64,000 nucleotides of DNA from an uncultured Acidobacteriota bacterium (lineage in GTDB: Bacteria > Acidobacteriota > UBA6911). The notes below the pieces were generated by a model. That model saw only the letters and a list, made by a program, of their open reading frames with translations, was not told where the DNA came from and ran no database searches. The stretch covers positions 96,001-160,000 of the forward strand of contig CAWJKZ010000025.1 in NCBI GenBank assembly GCA_963843575.1. The letters are read 5' to 3'. Positions 1 through 8,935 of the stretch are shown piece after piece; position 1 is the stretch's first letter; every line of letters starts with the position of its first letter. The position numbers and the translations under genes are program-made.

Positions 1-591
1 GCCACCCTGCCGATCCTGGTCGCGGAGGTGTTCCCGTTCCTGAACGAGCCCGTGTGTATTTACGCCGCTCCGGAGGTTCTCCGCAGCCTGCGCGAACACG
101 TGTTCAACGACGCGATCTGGCCGGATTTCCGCCGCATCACGCTCGCCGACGGGAGCGCGCCGGGACTCCGGTACCAGGAAATCGCCCCGCCGACGCCGTT
201 CCACGTCGGAGAACTCCGGCTGACCCCCGTGTGGACCAACCACACGGTGCCGACGGTCGGGCTGGCGGTCGAAGACGCCGAGGGCGCGGTGATCATAACT
301 TCGGACACCTACCACACCGACGAGATCTGGGCCGTGGCGAACAGGCTGGCGGGGCTGCGGGCGGTGTTTGTGGACGTGTCCTACCCGAACGAGATGGAGG
401 CACTGGCCCGGGATTCGAAACACCTGACGCCCGCCGGCCTGGACGTCGAACTGAGGAAGCTCCGGGACTCGGTGCCGGTCTTCGCAGTGCACCTCAAACC
501 GCAGTTCCGCGACCGCACCGTCGAGCAGCTCGCCGCCCTCGGACGTCCCAACGTCGGGGTGGGCGAAATCGGCAGGGAGTACCGATTCTGA
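1..591 (+). CDS. Class II cyclic-nucleotide phosphodiesterase-like MBL-fold hydrolase (5' partial)
   Basis: Frame open from base 1. Motifs 'HVFNDAIWPDF', 'HTVPTVG', 'TSDT', 'SKHLTP', 'VHLKP' are typical of class II cAMP PDE/MBL-fold proteins. Confidence 0.8.
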   Translation, partial: ATLPILVAEVFPFLNEPVCIYAAPEVLRSLREHVFNDAIWPDFRRITLADGSAPGLRYQEIAPPTPFHVGELRLTPVWTNHTVPTVGLAVEDAEGAVIITSDTYHTDEIWAVANRLAGLRAVFVDVSYPNEMEALARDSKHLTPAGLDVELRKLRDSVPVFAVHLKPQFRDRTVEQLAALGRPNVGVGEIGREYRF

Positions 592-644
592 GCGGCCGAC
601 GGACTCGCTCGAGGCGTCTGCGATCTCCAGGCGGCGAAAATCAA

Positions 645-717
645 AAAACTGCCACGGAATTCTCGGAATTTCAATTGTGGGTCTTGCGGGTTCCTCGGTG
701 TTTCCGTGGCGAGTTTT
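645..717. repeat. Imperfect inverted repeat between convergent genes
   Basis: AAAACT-GCCACGGAA (645-659) ... TTCCGTGGC-GAGTTTT (702-717). Confidence 0.5.
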
Positions 718-1759
718 GGCTTGTGTGCGCCCGCTCCAATACAGCCTCAGCGCGATCCGGGAGCCCGCGCCGCCTCAGGGCCGATTCGGTGGCACGGCGG
801 TTGCCCTCGACCGTGGGCGGCCAATTCCCGGTCGATTCCGCCCGGGGATAGACGGGCGCGGAATATCCCCGGTAGAGTTCCGTCCGCAGGTGGGCGAGCA
901 TCTGGTGCCCGGCGCGGCGCGCCCGCTCAACCCTGAGCGCCTCGACATCGACCGGCCCGACCACGATGCGCTCTCCCGGTCCCGGTTCGGCCTGAGCCAG
1001 TATCCTGCCGTCGAAATCGACGATCATGCTCCCGCCGGGCCAGCTGAACGGAGGGTAGTGTGCGAGCCGGGCTCCCTGGTTCGCTGCCACGACGTAGGCC
1101 ATGTTCTCGAGGGCACGGCAGCGGTTGACGACCGTCCACCAGTCCAGCGGCGCGGCGGTACCCCACGGATCCATGTAAGCGGAAACCCGTATCAGCACCT
1201 CGGCCCCTTTCAGCGCGAGCTGCCGGATGGCTTCGGGGAAGAGCCAGTCGTAGCAGATCGCCGCGCCGAGCAGACCGATCTCGGTCTGAACCACGGGGAA
1301 AGGATCTGCCCCGTATTGCGAGAGGTCGTGAGGGCTGGCGTGCACCTCCCAGGGGACCCAGGGGTGCGTCTTGCGGTACTTCGCCAGGACTCCGCCCGGA
1401 CCGATCAGGCAGGTCGTGTTGAACACGACGCCCGGGAAGGCGGCGTCCGACTCGAGGAAGGTCCCGGTCTGAATGTAGATGCCGTGGTGCCTGGCCCGCT
1501 GCTCGTAGCGTCGCGTGTGCTCGTTAGGAACCGGCACCGCCAGCTTCTCGGCCAACTCCGCGACGGTGGGGTACACCGGCGGCGTGTGCGCAAATTCAGG
1601 GAAAACCACGAGCCGCACCGGGAAAAAAGGCTCATAGCCGAGGACAGCGTGATCGATCATTTCGACCATGCGATCAACTCGAGCCGCAATGTCGGCGCGC
1701 GAGGCCGCACTCGGGAAATCCGTCTGGCAGCAGGCGGCGTAATAGCGAAGCTCGTTCAT
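671..1759 (-). CDS. Carbon-nitrogen hydrolase (nitrilase/amidase) family protein
   Basis: Catalytic triad motifs 'VFPEF', 'YRKTH', 'ICYD'. Start placed at ATG 1759 (MNELRYYAAC). Confidence 0.85.
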   Translation of the reverse strand: MNELRYYAACCQTDFPSAASRADIAARVDRMVEMIDHAVLGYEPFFPVRLVVFPEFAHTPPVYPTVAELAEKLAVPVPNEHTRRYEQRARHHGIYIQTGTFLESDAAFPGVVFNTTCLIGPGGVLAKYRKTHPWVPWEVHASPHDLSQYGADPFPVVQTEIGLLGAAICYDWLFPEAIRQLALKGAEVLIRVSAYMDPWGTAAPLDWWTVVNRCRALENMAYVVAANQGARLAHYPPFSWPGGSMIVDFDGRILAQAEPGPGERIVVGPVDVEALRVERARRAGHQMLAHLRTELYRGYSAPVYPRAESTGNWPPTVEGNRRATESALRRRGLPDRAEAVLERAHTSQNSPRKHRGTRKTHN

Positions 1760-1810
1760 AGGCGACGAGGATATCACACGTGTCATTCTCGCCGACCCAT
1801 CGACGGCCAA

Positions 1811-1917
1811 GTGGGTCCGGGCTTCAGCCCTGACAACGCCTTTAAAACCGTCTCATACCGTGACACATGCACTGCATAGCTACCGCACACAGCGTCCGGG
1901 CTGAAGCCCGGACCCAC
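1811..1917. repeat. REP/REPIN-like inverted repeat doublet
   Basis: Perfect 20-bp arms GTGGGTCCGGGCTTCAGCCC (1811-1830) and GGGCTGAAGCCCGGACCCAC (1898-1917). Each arm is itself a small palindrome preceded by GTGG. Confidence 0.8.
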
Positions 1918-2105
1918 GGAGAGGGGACCCCATTGTCAACGGGTCGGCCCAGGGCGTAAGCTTCAATCGATTAGTCCCAAGACCGCGGCGGCCACCCTCG
2001 GGTGAGTGACCTCCGCGAAGGCAGCACTAAAAAAGAAAACCAAGGCCCACGGGCGGTGCACGCCGTCCGGCGCAGCATCTGTTGTTCGGGCCCAGGGGTC
2101 GGCGC

Positions 2106-4895
2106 ATGAAAACGGACTGGCTTGCCAGGTGGACTGGTTTGTTTCTGATCGTACTTCTGGTGAACACCGCCTACATCGCCGCCTTCGCGTCGCCTACGGT
2201 CTTCTACATGGCGAACGTCGCGCTGCATCTCGGGCTGGGGGCGGCGCTGGCCCTCGCCGGCATCACCCTGCTGGCGCGTCATCCGGATCTTCGGCGTGCG
2301 CTGCGCTTCGCAACCCCGGGATTCGCCGTATCGCTCGCGCTGGGGCTATACCTGGCCTGGGCGGGGAACACCACCGAGAACCGCTGGGTGTTGTGGGGGC
2401 ACATAGCCTCGGCGGCGCTCGGCCTCGCAGGGATGACCCCGTTCGTCTGGCGGTCCGCCTCCCGCGAAGGCTGGCGGCAGTTCAGAACCGCCTTTCAGTA
2501 TTCGGCCATGCTTCTCGTACTCCTCCCGCTCGGCATGACCGCGTATCGGAAGGCGGTCCCCAATCCCGCCGACACCATCCGCAACCCGCTGACCGTGCCT
2601 GTTTCGATGCACGAAGAGGGCGGAGGGCCCGGTTCGCCCTTCTTCCCTTCCTCGGCCAAGACCAACGTGGGTGGAATCATCCCGTCAAACTTCTTCATGG
2701 ACTCCGCGACCTGCGGCGAGTGCCACAAGGACATCTACGCGCAGTGGCAGAGCTCCGCCCACCGCTTCGCCTCCTTCAACAACCAGTTCTACCGGAAGTC
2801 CGTGGAGTACATGCAGGACGTCGTCGGCACGCAGCCGAGCAAGTGGTGCGCCGGGTGCCATGATCACGCCGTGTTCTTCAACGGGCGCTTCGAACGGCCG
2901 ATCAAGGAACAGATCGACACGCCCGAAGCCCACGCCGGCCTGGCCTGCACGTCGTGCCACTCCATCGTTCACGTGGACAGCACGATGGGCAACGGCGGCT
3001 TCACCATCGAGTACCCTCCGCTGCACGAGCTTGCCAACAGCAAGAACAAGTACATCCGGATGATGGACCGGTTCCTCACCTACCTGGACCCGGAGCCGCA
3101 CCGCCGCACCTTCATGAAGCCGTTCATGCGAGGGCCGGACTCGCCCGAGTACTGCGCGTCCTGTCACAAGGTGCACCTCGACGTCCCGGTGAACAGCTAC
3201 CGGTGGTTCCGCGGGTTCAACGACTACGACAACTGGCAGGCCAGCGGGGTATCCGGGCAGGGGGCGCGCTCCTTCTACTACCCGGGGCAGAGCTCGACGT
3301 GCATCGACTGCCACATGCCGCTCGTGAACTCGCGCGATCCGGGCAATCACGGCGGCAAGGTCCATTCGCACCGGTTCCCCGGCGCGAACACGGCGTTGCC
3401 GTTCGTGAACCGGGACGAGGGACAGATGAAGGCCGTGCTCGACTTCCTCCAGTCCGGCTTCATCTCCGTCGACATCTTTGCCGCGACCCCGGTCGAGGAT
3501 CAGCCGGGGCAGATGCAGATGGTGCGCCGCTCGAACCAGACGCCGCAGCCGATGTCCTCCTTCGCGGTCGGAGAAGAGGCCGAAAGCTCGGCCCCGATCA
3601 TGATCCGTGAGGTAGGCAAAGTGGCCGCCCCGGTCGACCGCTCCGCCCTGACACTGGTCCCGGGGAGCACGGTGCGGCTCGACGTCGTGGTCCGCACCCG
3701 AAAGATCGGGCACTTCTTCCCCGGCGGCACAGTGGACGCCTTCGATGTCTGGCTCGAACTGCAGGGGACCGATGCCGCGGGCAAGATCGTGTTCTGGAGC
3801 GGCCAGGCGACGGACGAAGGCCGTGGGCCCGTGGAGCCCGGGGCTCACTTCTATCGTTCGTACCAGCTCGACGGCGAGGGAAACCCGATAAACAAGCGCA
3901 ACGCCTGGCAGGCGCGCAGCGTCCTGTACGTGCGCTTGATCCCTCCGGGGGCCGCCGACGTGGCGCACTACCGGGTGAAGATACCCGAGGACGCCCGCGG
4001 GCCCCTGACCTTCACCGCCCGGTTGAACTACCGCAAGTTTGCACACTACTACACGCAGTTTGCCTATGCCGGGCAGCCGAGGCCGGGCCAGGACCCGTCG
4101 CTGTTGAACCCACGCCACAACAGCCTGGAGTACTCCTTCGAGAAGAGCAACATCCCGGCGAACGTCTCCGGGAAGATCAAGGACCACATCCCCGATCTCC
4201 CGACGACCGTGCTGGCCCAGGCAACGGCCCGGATCGAGCTCGGGCAGGAAACCCGCTGGGCCCCGGTGGCCGGCAAGAAGGATCGCGAGCGCTGGAATGA
4301 CTGGGGGATTGGGCTGCTGTTGCAGGGCGACCTCAAGGGGGCCGAGTATGCGTTCAAGAAAGTCACCGAGGCCGAGCCCGGGTACGCCGACGGCTGGCTG
4401 AACGTCGCGCGGGCCTTGATCCAGGAAGGGGAGACCGACGCCGCAAAGCCGTACCTCCGGAAGGCGCTCGAACTCGATCCCGAACTCGGCCGCATCCATT
4501 TCTTCAAGGCGATGACCGAAAAGGCGGACGGGAACTACGATGCCGCCCTCGCGTCGCTGGCGCTCGTGGAGCGCAAGTACCCGCGCGACCGCGTGGTGCT
4601 CAACCAGACCGCGCGCATCCTGTTCCTGAAGCGCCAGTACGCTGAAGCTCTCCAAGTCCTCGAGAGGGTCTGTGCGGTGGATCCCGAAGACGTGCAGATG
4701 CACTACACGGCCATGCTCTGCTATCGCGGCCTGGGCGACGCCCAGAAAGCCGAGCGCGAGGAGAGGCTGTTCAGGAGGTTCAAGGCCGAGGAATCGTCGC
4801 AGTCGATCACGGCCAGACGCCGTCTGCTCAGCCCGGAGGACAACAACGAGCGGCAGCAGATTCACGATCACGAGGGCACGGCCGGGGGGATGTGA
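2106..4895 (+). CDS. Membrane-anchored pentaheme c-type cytochrome with C-terminal TPR repeats
   Basis: N-terminal TM helices, five CxxCH motifs (CGECH, CAGCH, CTSCH, CASCH, CIDCH), TPR-like C-terminus. Confidence 0.85.
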   Translation: MKTDWLARWTGLFLIVLLVNTAYIAAFASPTVFYMANVALHLGLGAALALAGITLLARHPDLRRALRFATPGFAVSLALGLYLAWAGNTTENRWVLWGHIASAALGLAGMTPFVWRSASREGWRQFRTAFQYSAMLLVLLPLGMTAYRKAVPNPADTIRNPLTVPVSMHEEGGGPGSPFFPSSAKTNVGGIIPSNFFMDSATCGECHKDIYAQWQSSAHRFASFNNQFYRKSVEYMQDVVGTQPSKWCAGCHDHAVFFNGRFERPIKEQIDTPEAHAGLACTSCHSIVHVDSTMGNGGFTIEYPPLHELANSKNKYIRMMDRFLTYLDPEPHRRTFMKPFMRGPDSPEYCASCHKVHLDVPVNSYRWFRGFNDYDNWQASGVSGQGARSFYYPGQSSTCIDCHMPLVNSRDPGNHGGKVHSHRFPGANTALPFVNRDEGQMKAVLDFLQSGFISVDIFAATPVEDQPGQMQMVRRSNQTPQPMSSFAVGEEAESSAPIMIREVGKVAAPVDRSALTLVPGSTVRLDVVVRTRKIGHFFPGGTVDAFDVWLELQGTDAAGKIVFWSGQATDEGRGPVEPGAHFYRSYQLDGEGNPINKRNAWQARSVLYVRLIPPGAADVAHYRVKIPEDARGPLTFTARLNYRKFAHYYTQFAYAGQPRPGQDPSLLNPRHNSLEYSFEKSNIPANVSGKIKDHIPDLPTTVLAQATARIELGQETRWAPVAGKKDRERWNDWGIGLLLQGDLKGAEYAFKKVTEAEPGYADGWLNVARALIQEGETDAAKPYLRKALELDPELGRIHFFKAMTEKADGNYDAALASLALVERKYPRDRVVLNQTARILFLKRQYAEALQVLERVCAVDPEDVQMHYTAMLCYRGLGDAQKAEREERLFRRFKAEESSQSITARRRLLSPEDNNERQQIHDHEGTAGGM

Positions 4896-6610
4896 GGCCG
4901 TCACGTGTCGGGTTCTGGCAACTGGGGGGGATTCCGTTGAGAAACTGGGCAGTGTTGATGACGGCGGTGGTTTCGCTCGCGGCAGCGGCCGGAGCTACCT
5001 CGGAGGTGACGTTCACCGACATCACGTCGCGCGCCGGGATCAGGTTCGTGCACAACAGCGGAAAGACCGGGAAGAAATACCTCCCCGAAACCATGGGGTC
5101 GGGTTGTGCGCTTTTTGACGCGGACGGTGACGGCCGCCTCGACATCCTCTTCGTCAACAGCCGGGACTGGGTCCCGGGAACCCGCAGGTCGCTGCATGCC
5201 CTGTATCGCAACAACGGCGACGGCACATTCCGCGACATCACGGCCGGCAGCGGTCTGGATATCGAGATGTACGGGCTTGGAGTTGCGGTCGGCGACTACG
5301 ACAACGACGGCCGGGACGACGTCTACATCACCGCGCTCGAAGGGGACCGTCTCTTTCAAAACGAGGGAGGCGGCCGGTTTCGCGACGTGACGAAGGCCGC
5401 GGGCATAGCAAACGCAAACTTCGGCACGAGCGCCGCATGGCTGGACTACGACCGGGACGGCAACCTCGACCTGTTTGTCGCCAACTACGTGCAGTGGAGC
5501 ATCAAGGGCGATCTCTGGTGTTCGCTGGACGGGGGGACGAAATCCTACTGCACCCCCGAATCCTACAAAGGCACGCCTTCGCGACTGTACCGGAATCTGG
5601 GGAACGGCCGGTTCGAAGACGTCGGCCGGAAAGCCGGGATCGCCGACCCGACCAGCAAATCCCTTGGGGTCGCGGTGCTCGATTTCGACGGGGACGGCTG
5701 GCCCGACCTCTTCGTGGCCAACGACACCCAGCCCAACAAGCTCTACCGCAATAACCGGGACGGCACCTTCCGGGACGAAGGGATGCTCGCCGGGGTCGGT
5801 TACGGCGAGGACGGCGTCGCTCGCGGCGCCATGGGCGTCGACAGCGCGGATTACGACCAGTCCGGACGGGCGCACCTCCTGGTCGGCAATTTCTCCAACC
5901 AGATGCTCGGGCTCTACCACAACGAGGGGAACGGGCTTTTCGTCGACGAGGCCCCCTCGTCCACCGTCGGGCGCGCCAGCCTGCTCACGCTGGCCTTCGG
6001 CGTCTTCTTCTTCGATTTCGACCTCGACGGGAATCCCGACATCTTTGCCGCCAATGGCCACATCGAGGAAGAGATCGGCCGCGTCCAGCCCAAGGTGCAG
6101 TACAAGGAGCCGCCGCTTCTGTTCCGCAACATCGGCAAGGGCAAGTTCGAGAACGTGTCGGAGGCTGTGGGCCGGGACTTTGCCAGGCCGGCCGTGGCGC
6201 GCGGGGCAGCCTACGGGGACCTCGACGGCGACGGCGATCTCGACCTCGTCGTCACCTCCAATCACGGTCCCGCATGTGTTTTCCGAAACGACGGCGGCAA
6301 CCGCAACAACTGGCTCTGCGTGAAGACGATCGGGACCAAGTCCAACCGCGACGGCATCGGCGCTGTCGTGCGGGTCCAGACAGCTAACACGCGGCAGTGG
6401 AGCGTCGTGCGCAGCGGTTCCAGCTACTGCTCGCAGAGCGATCTCGCCCTCACCTTCGGACTGGGCCGGGACACGGTGGTCCGGACGCTGGAAATCGAGT
6501 GGCCCAGCGGCCTGAAACAGAGGTGGGCGAACCTTCGACCCAACCAGCGCATCACCGTTGAGGAAGGCATAGGGATGGAGGGAGCGGCGGCCGCCACCCC
6601 CAGCGACTAG
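4892..6610 (+). CDS. CRTAC1-family / FG-GAP repeat protein with ASPIC-UnbV C-terminal domain
   Basis: Repeated 'D(Y/F)DxDGxxDL' FG-GAP motifs and C-terminal 'SYCSQSDLALTFGLG...IEWPSG'. Overlaps the upstream stop; exact start uncertain. Confidence 0.9.
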   Translation: MRPSRVGFWQLGGIPLRNWAVLMTAVVSLAAAAGATSEVTFTDITSRAGIRFVHNSGKTGKKYLPETMGSGCALFDADGDGRLDILFVNSRDWVPGTRRSLHALYRNNGDGTFRDITAGSGLDIEMYGLGVAVGDYDNDGRDDVYITALEGDRLFQNEGGGRFRDVTKAAGIANANFGTSAAWLDYDRDGNLDLFVANYVQWSIKGDLWCSLDGGTKSYCTPESYKGTPSRLYRNLGNGRFEDVGRKAGIADPTSKSLGVAVLDFDGDGWPDLFVANDTQPNKLYRNNRDGTFRDEGMLAGVGYGEDGVARGAMGVDSADYDQSGRAHLLVGNFSNQMLGLYHNEGNGLFVDEAPSSTVGRASLLTLAFGVFFFDFDLDGNPDIFAANGHIEEEIGRVQPKVQYKEPPLLFRNIGKGKFENVSEAVGRDFARPAVARGAAYGDLDGDGDLDLVVTSNHGPACVFRNDGGNRNNWLCVKTIGTKSNRDGIGAVVRVQTANTRQWSVVRSGSSYCSQSDLALTFGLGRDTVVRTLEIEWPSGLKQRWANLRPNQRITVEEGIGMEGAAAATPSD

Positions 6611-6738
6611 CGCTACCGCTGCCCGAACCCGTGCACCGATCACCCGACTTTATCTACGTGGCCGAATCTACGTGCCGGGTCAAATGACCCGGGCCGCCCC
6701 GGGGGCATGAGCGGCTTCCGGCACTGGCGCAGACGCCG

Positions 6739-6754
6739 TATAATGGGGGCCGTG
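6739..6754 (+). promoter_or_regulatory. Putative -10 box of a leaderless transcript
   Basis: TATAAT at 6739-6744, then 7 nt, then in-frame GTG at 6752. Confidence 0.5.
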
Positions 6755-7714
6755 GACGACACCAGCGCCGACGAAAAGGAATCGCAATTGGAGGAACCCG
6801 AAACAACGGGGGATCCAGACTCCGCAAGTGAACTCGAGATTGCGCCCACCGGGCTCGCCCACTACGACCCGCTCAGACGATACCTGTGGGAGATCAGCAA
6901 GTTCGCGGCGCTCAGCCGCGACGAGGAGCAGCGCCTGGCTGACCTCTACCACGAAACGGGCGACCGTCACGCGGCCTACCACCTGGTCACATCCAACCTC
7001 AAACTTGTGGTCAAGATTGCGATGATCTACCACAAGGTCTACCAGAACATCATGGACCTAGTCCAGGAGGGCAATCTCGGGTTGATGCAGGCTATCCGGC
7101 GCTTCGACCCGCGCCGCGGCACCCGGCTCTCGACCTACGCGGTCTGGTGGATCAAGGCCTACATCTTGAAGTTTCTCCTCGACAACTCCCGTATGGTGCG
7201 CATCGGCACCACCAACGCGCGCCGCAAGATCCTCATGAACCTTAACCGGGAAAGGCGCGAGTTGGAGGCGAAAGGAATCGTCCCGACCTCGCAGTTGCTG
7301 GCACAGAACCTCGGGGTCGATGAAAGAGATCTGCTCGAAGTCGAGCAAGGCATGACCGGACCCGACATCTCGCTCGACGCCCCCGTCGGCGAAGGGAGCG
7401 ACCTCCGGTTCGAGGACACCCTGAACCTCATGGAGCAGAGCGTCGACGAGAAAATCGCTCAGGGCGAGTTCCGGCACCTGCTGGAACAGAAGTTCGAGGA
7501 GTTCGCCGGGACGCTCTCCGAGCGGGAGCGCGTCATCCTGAACCGGCGCCTCATCGCGGACAACCCACAAACTCTGCAGCAGATCGCCGATCTCTACGGC
7601 ATCTCCCGCGAGGCGGTGCGGGTGGCAGAGAAGAAACTGGTCGCGAAGATCAAGAAGTACATGGTCGAGTCTTTCGGTGATGTGCGTGAAATCGAGTTCA
7701 ACCTGCGAGGCTAA
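6752..7714 (+). CDS. RNA polymerase sigma-70 family factor, RpoH/sigma-32-like
   Basis: Region 1.2 'DPLRRYLWEI', region 2 'DLVQEGNLGLMQAIRRFDP...YAVWWIKAYI', degenerate RpoH box 'RRKILMNL', region 4 HTH. Start could be 6743 or 6752. Confidence 0.85.
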   Translation: MDDTSADEKESQLEEPETTGDPDSASELEIAPTGLAHYDPLRRYLWEISKFAALSRDEEQRLADLYHETGDRHAAYHLVTSNLKLVVKIAMIYHKVYQNIMDLVQEGNLGLMQAIRRFDPRRGTRLSTYAVWWIKAYILKFLLDNSRMVRIGTTNARRKILMNLNRERRELEAKGIVPTSQLLAQNLGVDERDLLEVEQGMTGPDISLDAPVGEGSDLRFEDTLNLMEQSVDEKIAQGEFRHLLEQKFEEFAGTLSERERVILNRRLIADNPQTLQQIADLYGISREAVRVAEKKLVAKIKKYMVESFGDVREIEFNLRG

Positions 7715-7716
7715 TC

Positions 7717-8718
7717 GTGCGAAACTCCGGCGCCCGTATCACAGACCGCTTCCGTCTCGACAACCTGCAAACCGTCATTCTCGAAAATGAGTTCCTGCGC
7801 GTCACGGTCCTGGCAGACCAGGGGAGCGACATTTTCGAGCTCGTGTACAAGCCCAAGGACATCGATTTGCTCTGGCATTCGCCCCAGGGGGTGCGCCGCC
7901 GGGAGAATTTCGTCGCCTCGAGCTACAACAGCCGCCCGTTCTTCGATTACTACGAAGGCGGCTGGCAGGAACTTTTCCCGCATGGAAGCGCGCCGACACA
8001 GTATGCCGGGACCGAGCTGGGGTTCCACGGCGAAGTCTGGGGCCTTCCGTGGGAACACCAGATCCTGGCCGACGGACCCGGCGAAGTTTCGGCCCGGTTC
8101 AGAGTGCGGACGGCCCGGATGCCGTTCCTGCTCGAGCGCACGATGACGTTGCGAGCGAACGATCCGGTGCTGCGCATGAAGGAAACGGTGGTCAACGAGG
8201 GCCGGCGGCCGCTCGAGTTCATGTGGGGGCATCACCCGGCCTTTGGCCCGCCGTTCCTCGACCGGAATTGCGTGCTGGACGCGCCTGCACGCCGCATCCG
8301 GCTTGGCGACGAACTGCACCCGTGGCCGGTGGACCGCACCGGGAAGGACCACAGCCGCCTCGTCCCCGAGTCTTCGGACCAGGAGATCATGAAATACCTG
8401 CACGACCTGCGGCAGGGATGGGTGGCACTGACCAACCCGGGCATGAAACTCGGGGTCGGTCTGGTCTTCGACCCCGCGGTGTTTGGCTGTGTTTGGCTCT
8501 GGCATGAGTTCGAATACACCAAGGACTACCCTTGGTGGGGACGGGCGCATGTGTTTGGGCTCGAGCCCCAGAGCAGCCTTCCAGGCGCCCACGAGAAGGG
8601 GTTGCGCCTTCTGGAGCTGGCTGCCGGTGCCCGGATGGACACGGAGCTCCTGGCCGTCGTCTACGAAGCTGCGGGCGTGCGGCGTATCACACCGGCCGGA
8701 AAAGTCATACCCAAGTAA
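7717..8718 (+). CDS. Aldose 1-epimerase / galactose mutarotase-like (DUF4432-type) protein
   Basis: Motifs 'LENEFLRVTVL', 'GGWQELFP', 'HGEVW', 'MWGHHPAFG'. Confidence 0.8.
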   Translation: MRNSGARITDRFRLDNLQTVILENEFLRVTVLADQGSDIFELVYKPKDIDLLWHSPQGVRRRENFVASSYNSRPFFDYYEGGWQELFPHGSAPTQYAGTELGFHGEVWGLPWEHQILADGPGEVSARFRVRTARMPFLLERTMTLRANDPVLRMKETVVNEGRRPLEFMWGHHPAFGPPFLDRNCVLDAPARRIRLGDELHPWPVDRTGKDHSRLVPESSDQEIMKYLHDLRQGWVALTNPGMKLGVGLVFDPAVFGCVWLWHEFEYTKDYPWWGRAHVFGLEPQSSLPGAHEKGLRLLELAAGARMDTELLAVVYEAAGVRRITPAGKVIPK

Positions 8719-8798
8719 TCGACCCGGGCGGCGGCCCGAGCCCTTTGCCCCAGCCGGGCCGCCGCCGGTCGAAATCCGGGTTTCTTTGGGTTTTTTTA
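8719..8798 (+). terminator. Possible terminator hairpin
   Basis: 12-bp perfect stem GGCGGCGGCCCG (8727-8738)/CGGGCCGCCGCC (8755-8766) right after the stop codon. The T-rich tract lies somewhat downstream. Confidence 0.45.
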
Positions 8799-8935
8799 GC
8801 CGATTACTTGACTTTTTGGCCTTTGTCTGCAAAAAGTTGCACCCACCTGATCCTCCTCAGTTGAGTTCTTGTGCCCTCGTCCGAGGATGGACTTGAAATC
8901 ATGTAGATAGTTGGGAAGTTTTCAGGGGAGACGAA

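Noticed and set aside
2685-6643. Long antisense and alternate-frame ORFs (e.g. 2685-4904, 4901-6643, 13418-15607, 36150-38315, 38538-40736, 47714-49834)
   Set aside because: Shadow ORFs of high-GC coding sequence with no recognisable motifs, overlapping well-supported genes.
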